NCBI GenBank assembly: GCA_030141605.1
Contig: JAQGDQ010000184.1
Coordinates: forward strand, 1 to 64,000
DNA length: 64,000 nt
Direction: 5' to 3'
Source: Tubiluchus corallicola
Taxonomy: Eukaryota; Animalia; Priapulida
Shown: piece by piece, positions 1 to 9,674 of the stretch
Layout of the letters: every line of letters begins with the position of its first letter
How positions within the stretch are numbered: the stretch's first letter is position 1
The notes under the pieces: generated by a model
What the model saw: only the letters and a program-made list of their open reading frames with translations
Database searches by the model: none
Told to the model about the DNA's origin: nothing
Made by a program: the position numbers and the translations under genes

Positions 1-2386
1 TAATATTCAGTTTAATTGCTAATCCATAAGTAACTGCTCCCGTTTGTATATCATAGTTTACAATGGGTTTAACCCGACTTTTTGATTTGTTTTCAATAAG
101 GGCAGTCCAAACCATATTGGCTACCCATAATGCACCGGCAGAGTAAAAGAGTATTCGTGAGTCGTCATATCTGCTTTTAGCCTCATTGAAATAGTGATCC
201 CGGTCGTATGCATTATCCGAGTTGTGATAGTTTCTCATATTTACCGCTGCCATATTGTTTTGAATTATTCCAAAAGATAGCAGCCCGTAAAATGCTCCCC
301 CCAGTCCCCAGTTTACACCGCTTTTATCGCTTAAGTAGTGCTGTCCGGCGCCCGGTAATATAGCACTGTACAATAATGCCGTAGCTCTGCTGCGGTGCTT
401 CTCTCCTTTTATTGTTATGTCCGATGGTTTTGTCTTCTTTTTCGGACTCTCTTTTGCCTCCTCACTCTCTTTAGCAAAAATTTCTTTCAGGTAAGTGGTC
501 TCATCTTCTTTTATGGTTATTATCTTATTTATTGTAGTGTAATCTTTTTTCTCGAGGCTAAGGATGTGTTCTCCTATCAACAAACCTCTCAAAGTATTAG
601 GTGTGACTCCTTGCTCTACGCCATCCAGCTTTATGATAGCGTCTATAGGCGATGTAGTAATATCAAGGCTTCCTACCCTAGCACGCAGATTCAAGTTAAT
701 AGTTTGTTCATCGCCAGCTTTCAGTTCCATCTGTTTTGGGTATCCATAGTGTTTGTCTTTTTTGGCCTCGAATCTATAAACTCCTTCCGTTGCTCTTCCT
801 GTATAAGTTCCAAAGCCAACTTTTTTAGAGTTAACATATATATCCGCTTCCGGGCTGGTATTTATAGTAATATTTGCAAATCCTGGCAGGAGGTTAATCT
901 GTACATCAACCGTATCTCCTTCGGTAATGGCAAATTCTTTTGTAGCAGTCTGATACCATGACTTTTTAGCAATAGCCTTGTGTGTTCCTTTTTTTAGTTT
1001 TTGGGTAATAAAAGGGGCTTTTTGCCCAATGTTATCCCCGTTTATCGTAACTGTAGCCCCCGCTGGCTCGGTTGATATATTGGCATAGCCATAGGCCGGC
1101 TCTAAAGTCGGACTCTCTTTAGCAAAAATTTCTTTCAGGTAAGTGGTCTCATCTTCTTTTATGGTTATTATCTTATTTATTGTAGTGTAATCTTTTTTCT
1201 CGAGGCTAAGGTTGTGTTCTCCTATCAACAAACCTCTCAAAGTATTAGGTGTGACTCCTTGCTCTACGCCATCCAGCTTTATGATAGCGTCTATAGGCGA
1301 TGTAGTAATATCAAGGCTTCCTACCCTAGCACGCAGATTCAAGTTAATAGTTTGTTCATCGCCAGCTTTCAGTTCCATCTGTTTTGGGTCTCCATAGTGT
1401 TTGTCTTTTTTGGCCTCGAATCTATGAACTCCTTCCATTGCTCTTCCTGTATAAGTTCCAAAGCCAACTTTTTCAGAGTTAACATATATATCCGCTTCCG
1501 GGCTGGTATTTATAGTAATATTTGCAAATCCTGGCAGGAGGTTAATCTGTACATCAACCGTATCTCCTTCGGTAATGGCAAATTCTTTTGTAGCAGGCTG
1601 ATACATTGGCTTTTTAGCAATAGCCTTGTGTGTTCCTTTTTTTAGTTTTTGGGTAATAAAAGGGGCTTTTTGCCCAATGTTATCCCCGTTTATCGTAACT
1701 GTAGCCCCCGCTGGCCCGGTTGATATATTGGCATAGCCATAGGCCGGCTCTAAAGTTAATTGCAACTCCTCCCTGGGGTTCTCACCCGTAACTTCTATGC
1801 TGCCAGCACTGGGATAATGCATGTTTTTTTCAACCCTGTATTTATAGTTTCCTACTGTAACTTTCTTGCTGAAAGGAGTCTCTCCCATATAAGTTTCATC
1901 GATATAAACATCTGCTCCTTCAGGTTCACTACGTATAACTAAGTAAGCTGTTTCAATTTCATCTTCTATTACAGTTGTTATTAGTTTAGACGTTGTTAGT
2001 TCCATTACATAAACAGATGCTTCTTCTACAGATTCCGGATAAAGGTAGTTTTCCAGAACACCAAGTTTCGGATGTTTTATCGTAATTCTTTTTGCTTTTG
2101 CAGGGATATAAACCCATATTTCGCCTACTTCTTGCTTGGTTTTTGTAACACCCAACATATCACCTTCAAATACAAATCCTTTTTGAGTAGTGCGTACCTT
2201 TATCAAAGCACATTTATTCCCATTCTGATCTGTTACAGGGGCAGTAACTCTGGCAGTCATATCATCGGAGAGGCTTCTAAATGACCTTACTGAAATGTTT
2301 TGCCCACACACCCATAACGGAAGCAAAATAGCCAGTGCTGTTAAATGTGTCAGTCTATTTAGTGACTCCAAATGTCTTCTTTTCAT
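1..2386 (-). CDS. Secreted multi-PEGA-domain protein with a C-terminal hydrophobic DUF5683-like segment; 3' end runs off the window
   Basis: Absent from the ORF track because there is no stop in the window. My translation from ATG 2386 stays open to position 2: MKRRHLESLNRLTHLTALAILLPLWVCGQ signal peptide, repeated PEGA motifs (SEPEGADVYIDETYMGETP, TTSPIDAIIKLDGVEQGVTP) and C-terminal SAILPGAGQHY...LWVANMVW. Confidence 0.85.
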   Translation of the reverse strand, partial: MKRRHLESLNRLTHLTALAILLPLWVCGQNISVRSFRSLSDDMTARVTAPVTDQNGNKCALIKVRTTQKGFVFEGDMLGVTKTKQEVGEIWVYIPAKAKRITIKHPKLGVLENYLYPESVEEASVYVMELTTSKLITTVIEDEIETAYLVIRSEPEGADVYIDETYMGETPFSKKVTVGNYKYRVEKNMHYPSAGSIEVTGENPREELQLTLEPAYGYANISTGPAGATVTINGDNIGQKAPFITQKLKKGTHKAIAKKPMYQPATKEFAITEGDTVDVQINLLPGFANITINTSPEADIYVNSEKVGFGTYTGRAMEGVHRFEAKKDKHYGDPKQMELKAGDEQTINLNLRARVGSLDITTSPIDAIIKLDGVEQGVTPNTLRGLLIGEHNLSLEKKDYTTINKIITIKEDETTYLKEIFAKESPTLEPAYGYANISTEPAGATVTINGDNIGQKAPFITQKLKKGTHKAIAKKSWYQTATKEFAITEGDTVDVQINLLPGFANITINTSPEADIYVNSKKVGFGTYTGRATEGVYRFEAKKDKHYGYPKQMELKAGDEQTINLNLRARVGSLDITTSPIDAIIKLDGVEQGVTPNTLRGLLIGEHILSLEKKDYTTINKIITIKEDETTYLKEIFAKESEEAKESPKKKTKPSDITIKGEKHRSRATALLYSAILPGAGQHYLSDKSGVNWGLGGAFYGLLSFGIIQNNMAAVNMRNYHNSDNAYDRDHYFNEAKSRYDDSRILFYSAGALWVANMVWTALIENKSKSRVKPIVNYDIQTGAVTYGLAIKLNI
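464..1756. repeat. Tandem in-frame duplication with a 648-bp period (464-1108 and 1112-1756) inside the PEGA gene
   Basis: The copies align at offset 648 (216 codons) with about 10 substitutions found by eye. Shadow ORFs at 564 and 1212 share the same offset. Confidence 0.95.
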
Positions 2387-2426
2387 ATTACATAATTTTT
2401 CTGCAATTCACTTTATTTCCTGCTGA

Positions 2427-4232
2427 TTAGTTAAAATCACTTAAGCTGTACACACTGTCATTCGCTCCTACTTCAGGTTGCCATGTGCGTACATGAATAA
2501 CAGGCTCGTCCGGGCTGTTCAAGTCTACCATTAAAAACAGGTATCCAGTATCGCCGTAATTGCTGGAAAAGTAGTTTTGTTTTATTTGCACCCCATAAAT
2601 GTCTCCTCCTTTCCCGGCTTTACGTATATCACTATCTTCAAATTCAATGTTAATATATTCTTTGCTGCCAAATGAGTAACGCAAGTTTTTCATATACTCC
2701 TGCTTTGATTGTCGGTTGTATTTTATAATTCGATTGTCTTTGTATCTGTTTTCATCATCAGGTTTAACTTTCACTATAGAGCCGGTGATAATCAGGGCAT
2801 CATCAGCAAATATCTGCTCAATATATTCAATGCGTTTTAAGGCGTAGGCAGTTTTATAGTTTTCGAGGAAATTCACCAAAATTATGCGATCGCGCTCTTT
2901 CCATATCTCGCGTTGAATAATACTATCCAGAGCAATTTGTGACAGCCCAAAAGTGAGATTGTCTACCTGCCCTTCGCTATTGAAATAGAAAACTACGTTT
3001 TCAATAAATTCTCTGTCATTGTTTTTAAAGTTGAAGCTTAACGGAACAGACCGGCAGATAACTGTATCATCAAATTTAATAAAGCGCAACTCCGGCTCAC
3101 CAGCCACTTTAGCATTGCCATATTTTATCAGTTTATCAAAGATAAGGTAGCCCTGGGCAGTAAATTCATCTTTTAAGTTGTCATAGTCTTTTGTGCGTAT
3201 TCCGTTTAAGATATTACTGATACTTTTTTTATAGGTAAATGCGTCAGAGATCTCTGTTAGTGGTGCATCTGCAATATCGGAGACGACTGCTTTTTTGTCC
3301 GGCACGTTTTTTTTACTCTTCAGAGGGACATTATAGTAGCTGGCCTTGAAAGGCACCGGGTCAATCTTTTTAAGTACATCCTCCACCTCCCCATCTACAC
3401 TCGCCTCTCCTTCAAAAATATACTCTGCTTTAATTTTAAGATCCTTGGCTGTCGTTGCAAGCCCATACAGCTCAACCAGGCCTATTCCGTCCCGGGCACT
3501 AATAAGGTTACTCCAGTCAGAGCCATCCCAGTAAGAGTAGCCGAAATTAACAACAGGATTACTCTTATAGTCTATAGCTAAGGTAACTAGGAGGTAGTCA
3601 TCTTCAGCTTCTTTCTGACGTATCCCAATATCAATTGCTGTAAACAGGTTATTTATCTGCATAGGTAGCCATGTAGCCAAGAGTTGTGAGCTCCCATCTT
3701 CTACTTTGTATCCAATTCCATTTCCGCTAGGGTGGCTCTTCAAAAGCGTCAATGCCCAGTAGTAGTAGCGCAATCCATCGGCTATCTGTCCCCTCAATAC
3801 ACATTTGTCAGCATTTCGCACAAAGTCTTCGATTTTATTTTTCCTTTCTTCAAATACTTTTGCAACTTCCTCCCTCTTAATATACCTAAACACCCTGGCT
3901 TCAGGCTCATTCCCCAATACGATACGGTCAGTATTTTTTAGTGTGGCATTGCTGTATGTATTTATCACGGAATGAAAAGTTTCACTAAATATATCTTCGC
4001 CTCCTCCATTTCTGGATATGTCTTCTTTTAGCAGAGTAAAGCTGCTTTCAACCTGTGTCGAAATTTGAGATATAAGCATACCTAGTGCTTCCTGGTCTGC
4101 TTTGTTAAGTGTTGTTCCCGTACCTTCTCCCCAAAAATAGAGAGGGCTTAGCTTTATTTTTTCTACCGACTGAGAATAGGTTCCTAGCCCAAGTAAAAAC
4201 AGAAGCGAAAAAATTAAATATATTTTTCTCAT
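2427..4232 (-). CDS. Exported protein with an N-terminal LPP20-like domain, upstream of the PEGA gene
   Basis: 601-aa ORF with a signal peptide; WGEGTG...ADQEALGMLISQISTQVES resembles the LPP20 family. Confidence 0.6.
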   Translation of the reverse strand: MRKIYLIFSLLFLLGLGTYSQSVEKIKLSPLYFWGEGTGTTLNKADQEALGMLISQISTQVESSFTLLKEDISRNGGGEDIFSETFHSVINTYSNATLKNTDRIVLGNEPEARVFRYIKREEVAKVFEERKNKIEDFVRNADKCVLRGQIADGLRYYYWALTLLKSHPSGNGIGYKVEDGSSQLLATWLPMQINNLFTAIDIGIRQKEAEDDYLLVTLAIDYKSNPVVNFGYSYWDGSDWSNLISARDGIGLVELYGLATTAKDLKIKAEYIFEGEASVDGEVEDVLKKIDPVPFKASYYNVPLKSKKNVPDKKAVVSDIADAPLTEISDAFTYKKSISNILNGIRTKDYDNLKDEFTAQGYLIFDKLIKYGNAKVAGEPELRFIKFDDTVICRSVPLSFNFKNNDREFIENVVFYFNSEGQVDNLTFGLSQIALDSIIQREIWKERDRIILVNFLENYKTAYALKRIEYIEQIFADDALIITGSIVKVKPDDENRYKDNRIIKYNRQSKQEYMKNLRYSFGSKEYINIEFEDSDIRKAGKGGDIYGVQIKQNYFSSNYGDTGYLFLMVDLNSPDEPVIHVRTWQPEVGANDSVYSLSDFN

Positions 4233-4339
4233 ACAACAGTTAATATTAATGTTTAACAGCCCATTTCATAATTAAATACTTTAACTACAGATTTACTCTT
4301 CACCAGATGAAACAGGAGTGTATCTTCACAAAAATTTTG

Positions 4340-4855
4340 TCAGTTTTTATACCACCCAGCATACATCTGATAACTGTTTGCAATTCTGTGTATTTCTCCT
4401 TCTAGTAATTCAGGGCTTATCTCCTTTATTTTCTTTGCGGGAGAGCCGGCAAAAACAGAGCCTGTTTTTACAACTGTTCCTTTGGTTACAATTGCTCCAG
4501 CAGCAACAATAGAGTTATTTTCAATTATTGCATCATCAAGAATAACAGAGTTCATGCCTATAAGTACACTGTCATGGACAGTGCACCCATGTACAATGGC
4601 TCCATGTGCAATAGATACATTGCTGCCAATATTAGTAGGAGATTTCTGATACGTTGCGTGTATAACTGCATTGTCCTGTACGTTTGTGTTATTACCAATC
4701 TTAATGTAATGGACATCTCCCCGTATAGAAACTCCAAACCAAATACTGCAATTTTCACCCACAACAACATCTCCGATAATAGCAGCATTTTCTGCGATGA
4801 AACAGTTATTCCCAATAATAGGTTTTTTACCACATAAAGATTTAATTATAGCCAT
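4340..4855 (-). CDS. Gamma-carbonic-anhydrase-family (hexapeptide repeat) protein
   Basis: IIGDVVVGENCSIWFGVSIRGDV, NVQDNAVIH and IAHGAIVHGC motifs with metal-binding histidines. Confidence 0.9.
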   Translation of the reverse strand: MAIIKSLCGKKPIIGNNCFIAENAAIIGDVVVGENCSIWFGVSIRGDVHYIKIGNNTNVQDNAVIHATYQKSPTNIGSNVSIAHGAIVHGCTVHDSVLIGMNSVILDDAIIENNSIVAAGAIVTKGTVVKTGSVFAGSPAKKIKEISPELLEGEIHRIANSYQMYAGWYKN

Positions 4856-4940
4856 CTCCTTCAGGTCTTTACTATTTAATTTTTGAGCGATAGAGCATGC
4901 GTCTATTATATTAAAAAAAACATCTCGCTAAACTCAAAAA

Positions 4941-5295
4941 TAATAACCAGTAATTATTATTCATGCAGGTTATTTTTTTGTAATAAGTGTAGTTTTATGT
5001 TTATTTTCACAATATGGGACCCAGATATAGTGTTAAGAGCTATCTGTACCTGCTAAATAACATTTTGCTAAATTTAATAATAATAACCAGTAATTATTAT
5101 TCATGCAGGTTATTTTTTTGTAAATAAGTGTAGTTTTATGTTTATTTTCACAATATGGGACCCAGATATAGTGTTAAGAGCTATCTGTACCTGCTAAATA
5201 ACATTTTGCTAAATTTAATAATAATAACCAGTAATTATTATTCATGCAGGTTATTTTTTTGTAATAAGTGTAGTTTTATGTTTATTTTCACAATA
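4941..5295. repeat. About 2.5 tandem copies of a 140/141-bp unit upstream of korA
   Basis: Units start taataaccagtaattattattcatgcagg at 4941, 5081 and 5222. Copy 2 has a 1-nt insertion; copy 3 stops after ttcacaatat. Confidence 0.95.
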
Positions 5296-5324
5296 TAATT
5301 ATTGATGAATATCATATTTCAGGT

Positions 5325-7166
5325 ATGTTACAAGAAACTAAAATAATTGAATTAGAGGAAGTTGCTATTCGATTTTCCGGTGATTCAGGCGATGGTATGC
5401 AGTTGACAGGAGCGTTATTTTCTGATGCATCCGCGCTGTTAGGAAATGATATTTCGACTTTTCCGGATTATCCTGCAGAAATCAGGGCACCACAAGGATC
5501 TGTTGCAGGAGTATCAGGGTTCCAAATCCAATTTGGAGCTGTAAAAGTGAATACTCCAGGAGATTATGCTCGTGTATTAATAGCGATGAACCCAGCTGCT
5601 CTTAAGGCAAACGCACCTTTTATGGAGGCCGGAGGAACTATTATTTATGATGTAGACAGTTTTACCGATAGGAATTTGTCAAAGGCCGGGTTTGAGACAG
5701 AAGATCCTTTTAAGGAGTGCAATCTGTTGGATTTTTCGAAAATAGCTGTTCCTATTACAACCCTAACAAGGGAGGCACTTAAAGAGTTTGATCTTGATAA
5801 TAAAGCTGTTCTGCGTAGTAAAAACATGTTTGCATTGGGACTTATATGCTGGATGTTTAACAGGCCTCTTGATTATATCAAGCAGTTTATAAATACAAAG
5901 TTTTCTTTAAAATCTAATGTAGCGAAGTCAAATATACGTGTGCTGAGTGCAGGTTGGAATTACGGATTGATTGTTCAGCACATGACTCCAAGGTATATTG
6001 TTAATCCCGCCCAGATAGAAAAAGGGCTATACCGCAATATAAACGGTAATTATGCCACTGCCTGGGGTATGATTGCTGCATCACATAAATCTGGACGTGA
6101 TCTTTTTATTGGTTCATATCCGATAACTCCAGCAACAGAGATCTTGCAGGCGCTGGCAGAAAGAAAAGATCTCGGAGTAAAGTCATTTCAGGCAGAGGAT
6201 GAAATAGCCGGTATTTGCACAGCAATAGGGGCAGCTTTTGCTGGCGATTTAGCGGTAACAACAACCTCCGGCCCAGGTTTTGCTCTGAAGTCAGAGGCAC
6301 TGGGGTTAGGTATTATGGCCGAGCTACCGCTTGTTGTTGTAGATGTTCAGCGTGGCGGTCCTTCCACCGGATTGCCAACCAAGACAGAGCAGTCCGATTT
6401 GTTGCAGTCATTATACGGCAGAAATGGAGAGAGCCCGGCTGTTGTAATCACTGCGTCAACGCCTTCCAACTGCTTCGATTTTGCATATATAGCATGTAAA
6501 ATAGCGTTGGAAAGAATGGTACCCGTAGTTCTTCTTACAGATGGTTTCCTGGGGAACGGGTCGGGGCCATGGAAAATACCTACACTGGCTTCTCTTCCCA
6601 ATATTACCCCACGCGTAGCAAAAAATCCTGATAGTTTCAGGGCGTACGCACGTGACAAAAAAACATTTGCCCGCGAATGGGCATTCCCTGGGATGAATGG
6701 TTTTCAGCACAGGATTGGCGGACTTGAAAAAGATATATATGGTAATGTAAGTCATGTTCCAGACAATCACCAAAAGATGGTTGAGATAAGGGAGGAGAAG
6801 GTAAGGAGGGTTGTTGACATGGTCCCCAAGCTGGATGTCACAGGGAAAGAGGAAGGAGACCTGCTTATTGTAGGCTGGGGAAGCACTTTGGGGCACCTGG
6901 ATAGTGCATGTCGCAAAATGGAAAAGCAGGGCAAAAGTGTAAGTTTGGCACATTTCAACTATATAAAGCCATTGCCTGCAAATACACGGGAGGTGTTTAG
7001 TAAGTTTAAAAAAATAGCTGTTTTTGAGTTAAATATGGGGCAGTTTGCCGGATATCTGCGTGATAAAATGCCCGGCTTTAAGTATTATCAGTACAATAAG
7101 GTAAAGGGGGTGCCCTTTACTGTACAGGAACTACTCGACAACATTAAAAAACTATTAAACAATTAG
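5325..7166 (+). CDS. korA: 2-oxoacid:ferredoxin oxidoreductase alpha subunit (gamma-alpha fusion)
   Basis: FSGDSGDGMQLTG, SYPITPATE, QAEDEIAG, TTSGPG and DVQRGGPSTGLPTKTEQSD motifs. Confidence 0.95.
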   Translation: MLQETKIIELEEVAIRFSGDSGDGMQLTGALFSDASALLGNDISTFPDYPAEIRAPQGSVAGVSGFQIQFGAVKVNTPGDYARVLIAMNPAALKANAPFMEAGGTIIYDVDSFTDRNLSKAGFETEDPFKECNLLDFSKIAVPITTLTREALKEFDLDNKAVLRSKNMFALGLICWMFNRPLDYIKQFINTKFSLKSNVAKSNIRVLSAGWNYGLIVQHMTPRYIVNPAQIEKGLYRNINGNYATAWGMIAASHKSGRDLFIGSYPITPATEILQALAERKDLGVKSFQAEDEIAGICTAIGAAFAGDLAVTTTSGPGFALKSEALGLGIMAELPLVVVDVQRGGPSTGLPTKTEQSDLLQSLYGRNGESPAVVITASTPSNCFDFAYIACKIALERMVPVVLLTDGFLGNGSGPWKIPTLASLPNITPRVAKNPDSFRAYARDKKTFAREWAFPGMNGFQHRIGGLEKDIYGNVSHVPDNHQKMVEIREEKVRRVVDMVPKLDVTGKEEGDLLIVGWGSTLGHLDSACRKMEKQGKSVSLAHFNYIKPLPANTREVFSKFKKIAVFELNMGQFAGYLRDKMPGFKYYQYNKVKGVPFTVQELLDNIKKLLNN

Positions 7167-7171
7167 TTATC

Positions 7172-8176
7172 ATGGCAGATACGGTAAAAAGCTTTAAGAG
7201 CAAAAGTGAAGTTAGGTGGTGTCCGGGATGTGGTGACCACGCCATAATCAACGCTATGCAAAAAGCTATGAGCAATCTAGGGATTGAAAATAAAGATTAT
7301 GCGGTAGTTTCAGGGATTGGATGTTCTTCAAGGTTGCCGTACTATATGAGTACTTACGGCTTTCACACCATTCATGGGCGCGCTGCAGCAGTAGCATCAG
7401 GGGTAAAAAGCGCTAATCCCGACTTGTGTGTCTGGGAGATAACAGGAGATGGCGATGCATTGGCAATAGGAGGGAACCATTTTATACACATGATCAGAAG
7501 GAATATTGATATTAATGTGGTCCTCTTTAACAACAAGGTGTACGGATTGACTAAAGGGCAGTACTCACCAACCTCAGATCGTGGTTTCGTTACTAAATCA
7601 TCGCCATACGGTACGATAGAAGAGCCTTTTGTTCCGGGTCAGCTGGTACTGGGGGCAAAAGGCACCTTTTTTGCGCGATCAATAGATAATAATATTAAGC
7701 TTTGTCAAGAGATTTTTGAAGAGATGGCACGCTTCAAAGGAACCGCCGTGACAGAGGTACTTCAGAACTGTGTGATATATAATAATGGAGCTTATCATGA
7801 TGTTTCGGGTGCGGAGTTAAAAAAAGAGCGACAAATAGTGCTGCGCCACGGAGAACCGATGTTGTTTGGGAAGGAAAATGATAAGGGACTTATTTTTGAT
7901 AATGGAAAGCTTAAAGCCGTAAGCATTGGAGAAAATGGGATTAGCAAAAAGGATATACTAATACATAATGCTAAAGAGGAGAGCGGGATTATACACCAAC
8001 TACTTATTGGAATGCAGCTTCCTGAACTCCCCATTGCAATGGGAATTATACGTGCGATTGAGTCACCAACATATGACCAGTGTATGCATGCCCAAATAAA
8101 AGAAATTCAGGGGAGTGCAAAAATTAGGAGTGTAGATGAGTTGTTTCAAAGTGGTAATACATGGGTTGTAAAATAG
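7172..8176 (+). CDS. korB: 2-oxoacid:ferredoxin oxidoreductase beta subunit
   Basis: WCPGCGD, SGIGCSSR, TPP-binding GDGD...NNKVYGLTKGQYSPT; starts 5 nt after korA. Confidence 0.95.
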   Translation: MADTVKSFKSKSEVRWCPGCGDHAIINAMQKAMSNLGIENKDYAVVSGIGCSSRLPYYMSTYGFHTIHGRAAAVASGVKSANPDLCVWEITGDGDALAIGGNHFIHMIRRNIDINVVLFNNKVYGLTKGQYSPTSDRGFVTKSSPYGTIEEPFVPGQLVLGAKGTFFARSIDNNIKLCQEIFEEMARFKGTAVTEVLQNCVIYNNGAYHDVSGAELKKERQIVLRHGEPMLFGKENDKGLIFDNGKLKAVSIGENGISKKDILIHNAKEESGIIHQLLIGMQLPELPIAMGIIRAIESPTYDQCMHAQIKEIQGSAKIRSVDELFQSGNTWVVK

Positions 8177-8309
8177 ATTTATAGCAGACTGGTGTTGATC
8201 TAAGTTTTAGAGAGACCAAAAAGTTATTGTAATCGGAGCCCCAAGCAAGTAAAGAATCTATATTTTATCTATATTTAAATTTGAATTGCTAACTAATACT
8301 AATACGACT

Positions 8310-9323
8310 ATGTTAAAAAAATTTTATGGAGCTGTCTTATTTATAACAGTGTTATGCGCTCCAAATGCTATTGGATCAGAAGGTTATGCCAGCAAGTTTA
8401 TTGGTCGTTGGGCCTTACATCTTCCCGGAGGAGCGGGATATCTTGAAGTTACAGATAGAGATGGCCAGCTTAATGCGGAAATCCTTTGGTATGGCGGAAG
8501 TGTTGTGCCTGTAGAACATGTTTATGTAAACGGAGAAGATCTTGTGGTAACAAGAATTAGACAACGTAGAGGAGGCGGTGAGGAAAAGGCACCCGCTACT
8601 CCAATATATAATATTGATCAAGTGAAGTTTTCTATTTATAATGACAAGATTGTCGGCGAGTATATACGCCCTTCACGAGACAGGGTTAAAACCTCTTCTG
8701 TAAAATTTACCGGAAATAAAATACCTGATCTACCCTCAGCACCCGTTTTAGGACAAGTTAAATATGGCAAGTCCATAAAGTTAATTGGTAAAAACAGCAT
8801 GGAAGGCTGGGAGTTAATGGGAGCAGATAAAGCAAATGGTTGGAGTGTGAAAAATGGAGTATTGATAAATAATCCTGTTCAAAAAGAGGGAGGTGAACGT
8901 TTGCGCTATGGCAACCTGCGTTCAGTTAAGGAGTTTGAGGATTTTAAATTGAAGTTTCAAGTAAATGTTCCAAAAGGTAGTAATAGTGGAGTATATTTGA
9001 GAGGGATATACGAAGTTCAAATACTTGACAGCTATGGGAAAAGCCCTGACAGCCATAACATGGGTGCAATATACAGCCGCATTACCCCCTCTGTTGCAGC
9101 AGAAAAACCGGCAGGAGAATGGCAAGATATGGAGGTTATCTTATGCGATAGACACGCTACTGTAGTTCTTAATGGGAAGACTATAATAGACAATCAGCCA
9201 CTTAAAGGGGTTACTGGCGGAGCAATTACTTCATGTGAGTTTAAACCAGGCCCTATTTACCTTCAGGGAGACCACGGAGCAATAAGTTATCGTAATATGG
9301 TGCTGACACCAATAATAAAATAA
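8310..9323 (+). CDS. Exported DUF1080 (3-keto-disaccharide hydrolase family) protein
   Basis: Signal peptide after ATG 8310; GWSVKNGVL, NSGVYLRGIYEVQILDS, GEWQ and GPIYLQGDHG...YRN motifs. Confidence 0.85.
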   Translation: MLKKFYGAVLFITVLCAPNAIGSEGYASKFIGRWALHLPGGAGYLEVTDRDGQLNAEILWYGGSVVPVEHVYVNGEDLVVTRIRQRRGGGEEKAPATPIYNIDQVKFSIYNDKIVGEYIRPSRDRVKTSSVKFTGNKIPDLPSAPVLGQVKYGKSIKLIGKNSMEGWELMGADKANGWSVKNGVLINNPVQKEGGERLRYGNLRSVKEFEDFKLKFQVNVPKGSNSGVYLRGIYEVQILDSYGKSPDSHNMGAIYSRITPSVAAEKPAGEWQDMEVILCDRHATVVLNGKTIIDNQPLKGVTGGAITSCEFKPGPIYLQGDHGAISYRNMVLTPIIK

Positions 9324-9674
9324 CTCCGGGTAATTACTTACATATAGAGGAAAAAATTACTGTATCTTTATATATTTTTAGGCTATAGAATAGAATTACT
9401 ACGTTTGCTCGTAAGCTTTTAAAAAATTATAAACAAAATCAGTGGTTATAGCGTAAGAACGGTTAAAAATTTCCCGTTCAAAGCGTAATTAAAGCCCAAA
9501 ATATAAGCTGTTTATTTAAGTTTATAGGAAATATATCTAAATGTGTATTTAGAAGCAGATAAGCCTGTCATTTAAGCTTTTTATGTGTTAAATAAAAAAA
9601 AGACCGAGTATAACTCTTGTGTTTTTTTATACGCTACTAAAAATGATAATACCAAAATATTAAAATAGAGATAG

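Noticed and set aside
464-1756. Diversity-generating retroelement TR/VR pair
   Set aside because: The differences are not adenine-specific, both copies are in frame in one gene, and no reverse transcriptase is in the window.
395-2284. Plus-strand ORFs 395-961, 564-749, 1212-1397, 1214-1645, 1760-1942 and 2072-2284
   Set aside because: They are antisense shadows of the minus-strand PEGA gene; their duplication only reflects the 648-bp repeat.
4941-5295. CRISPR array
   Set aside because: Whole 140-bp units repeat with no unique spacers, and no cas genes are present.
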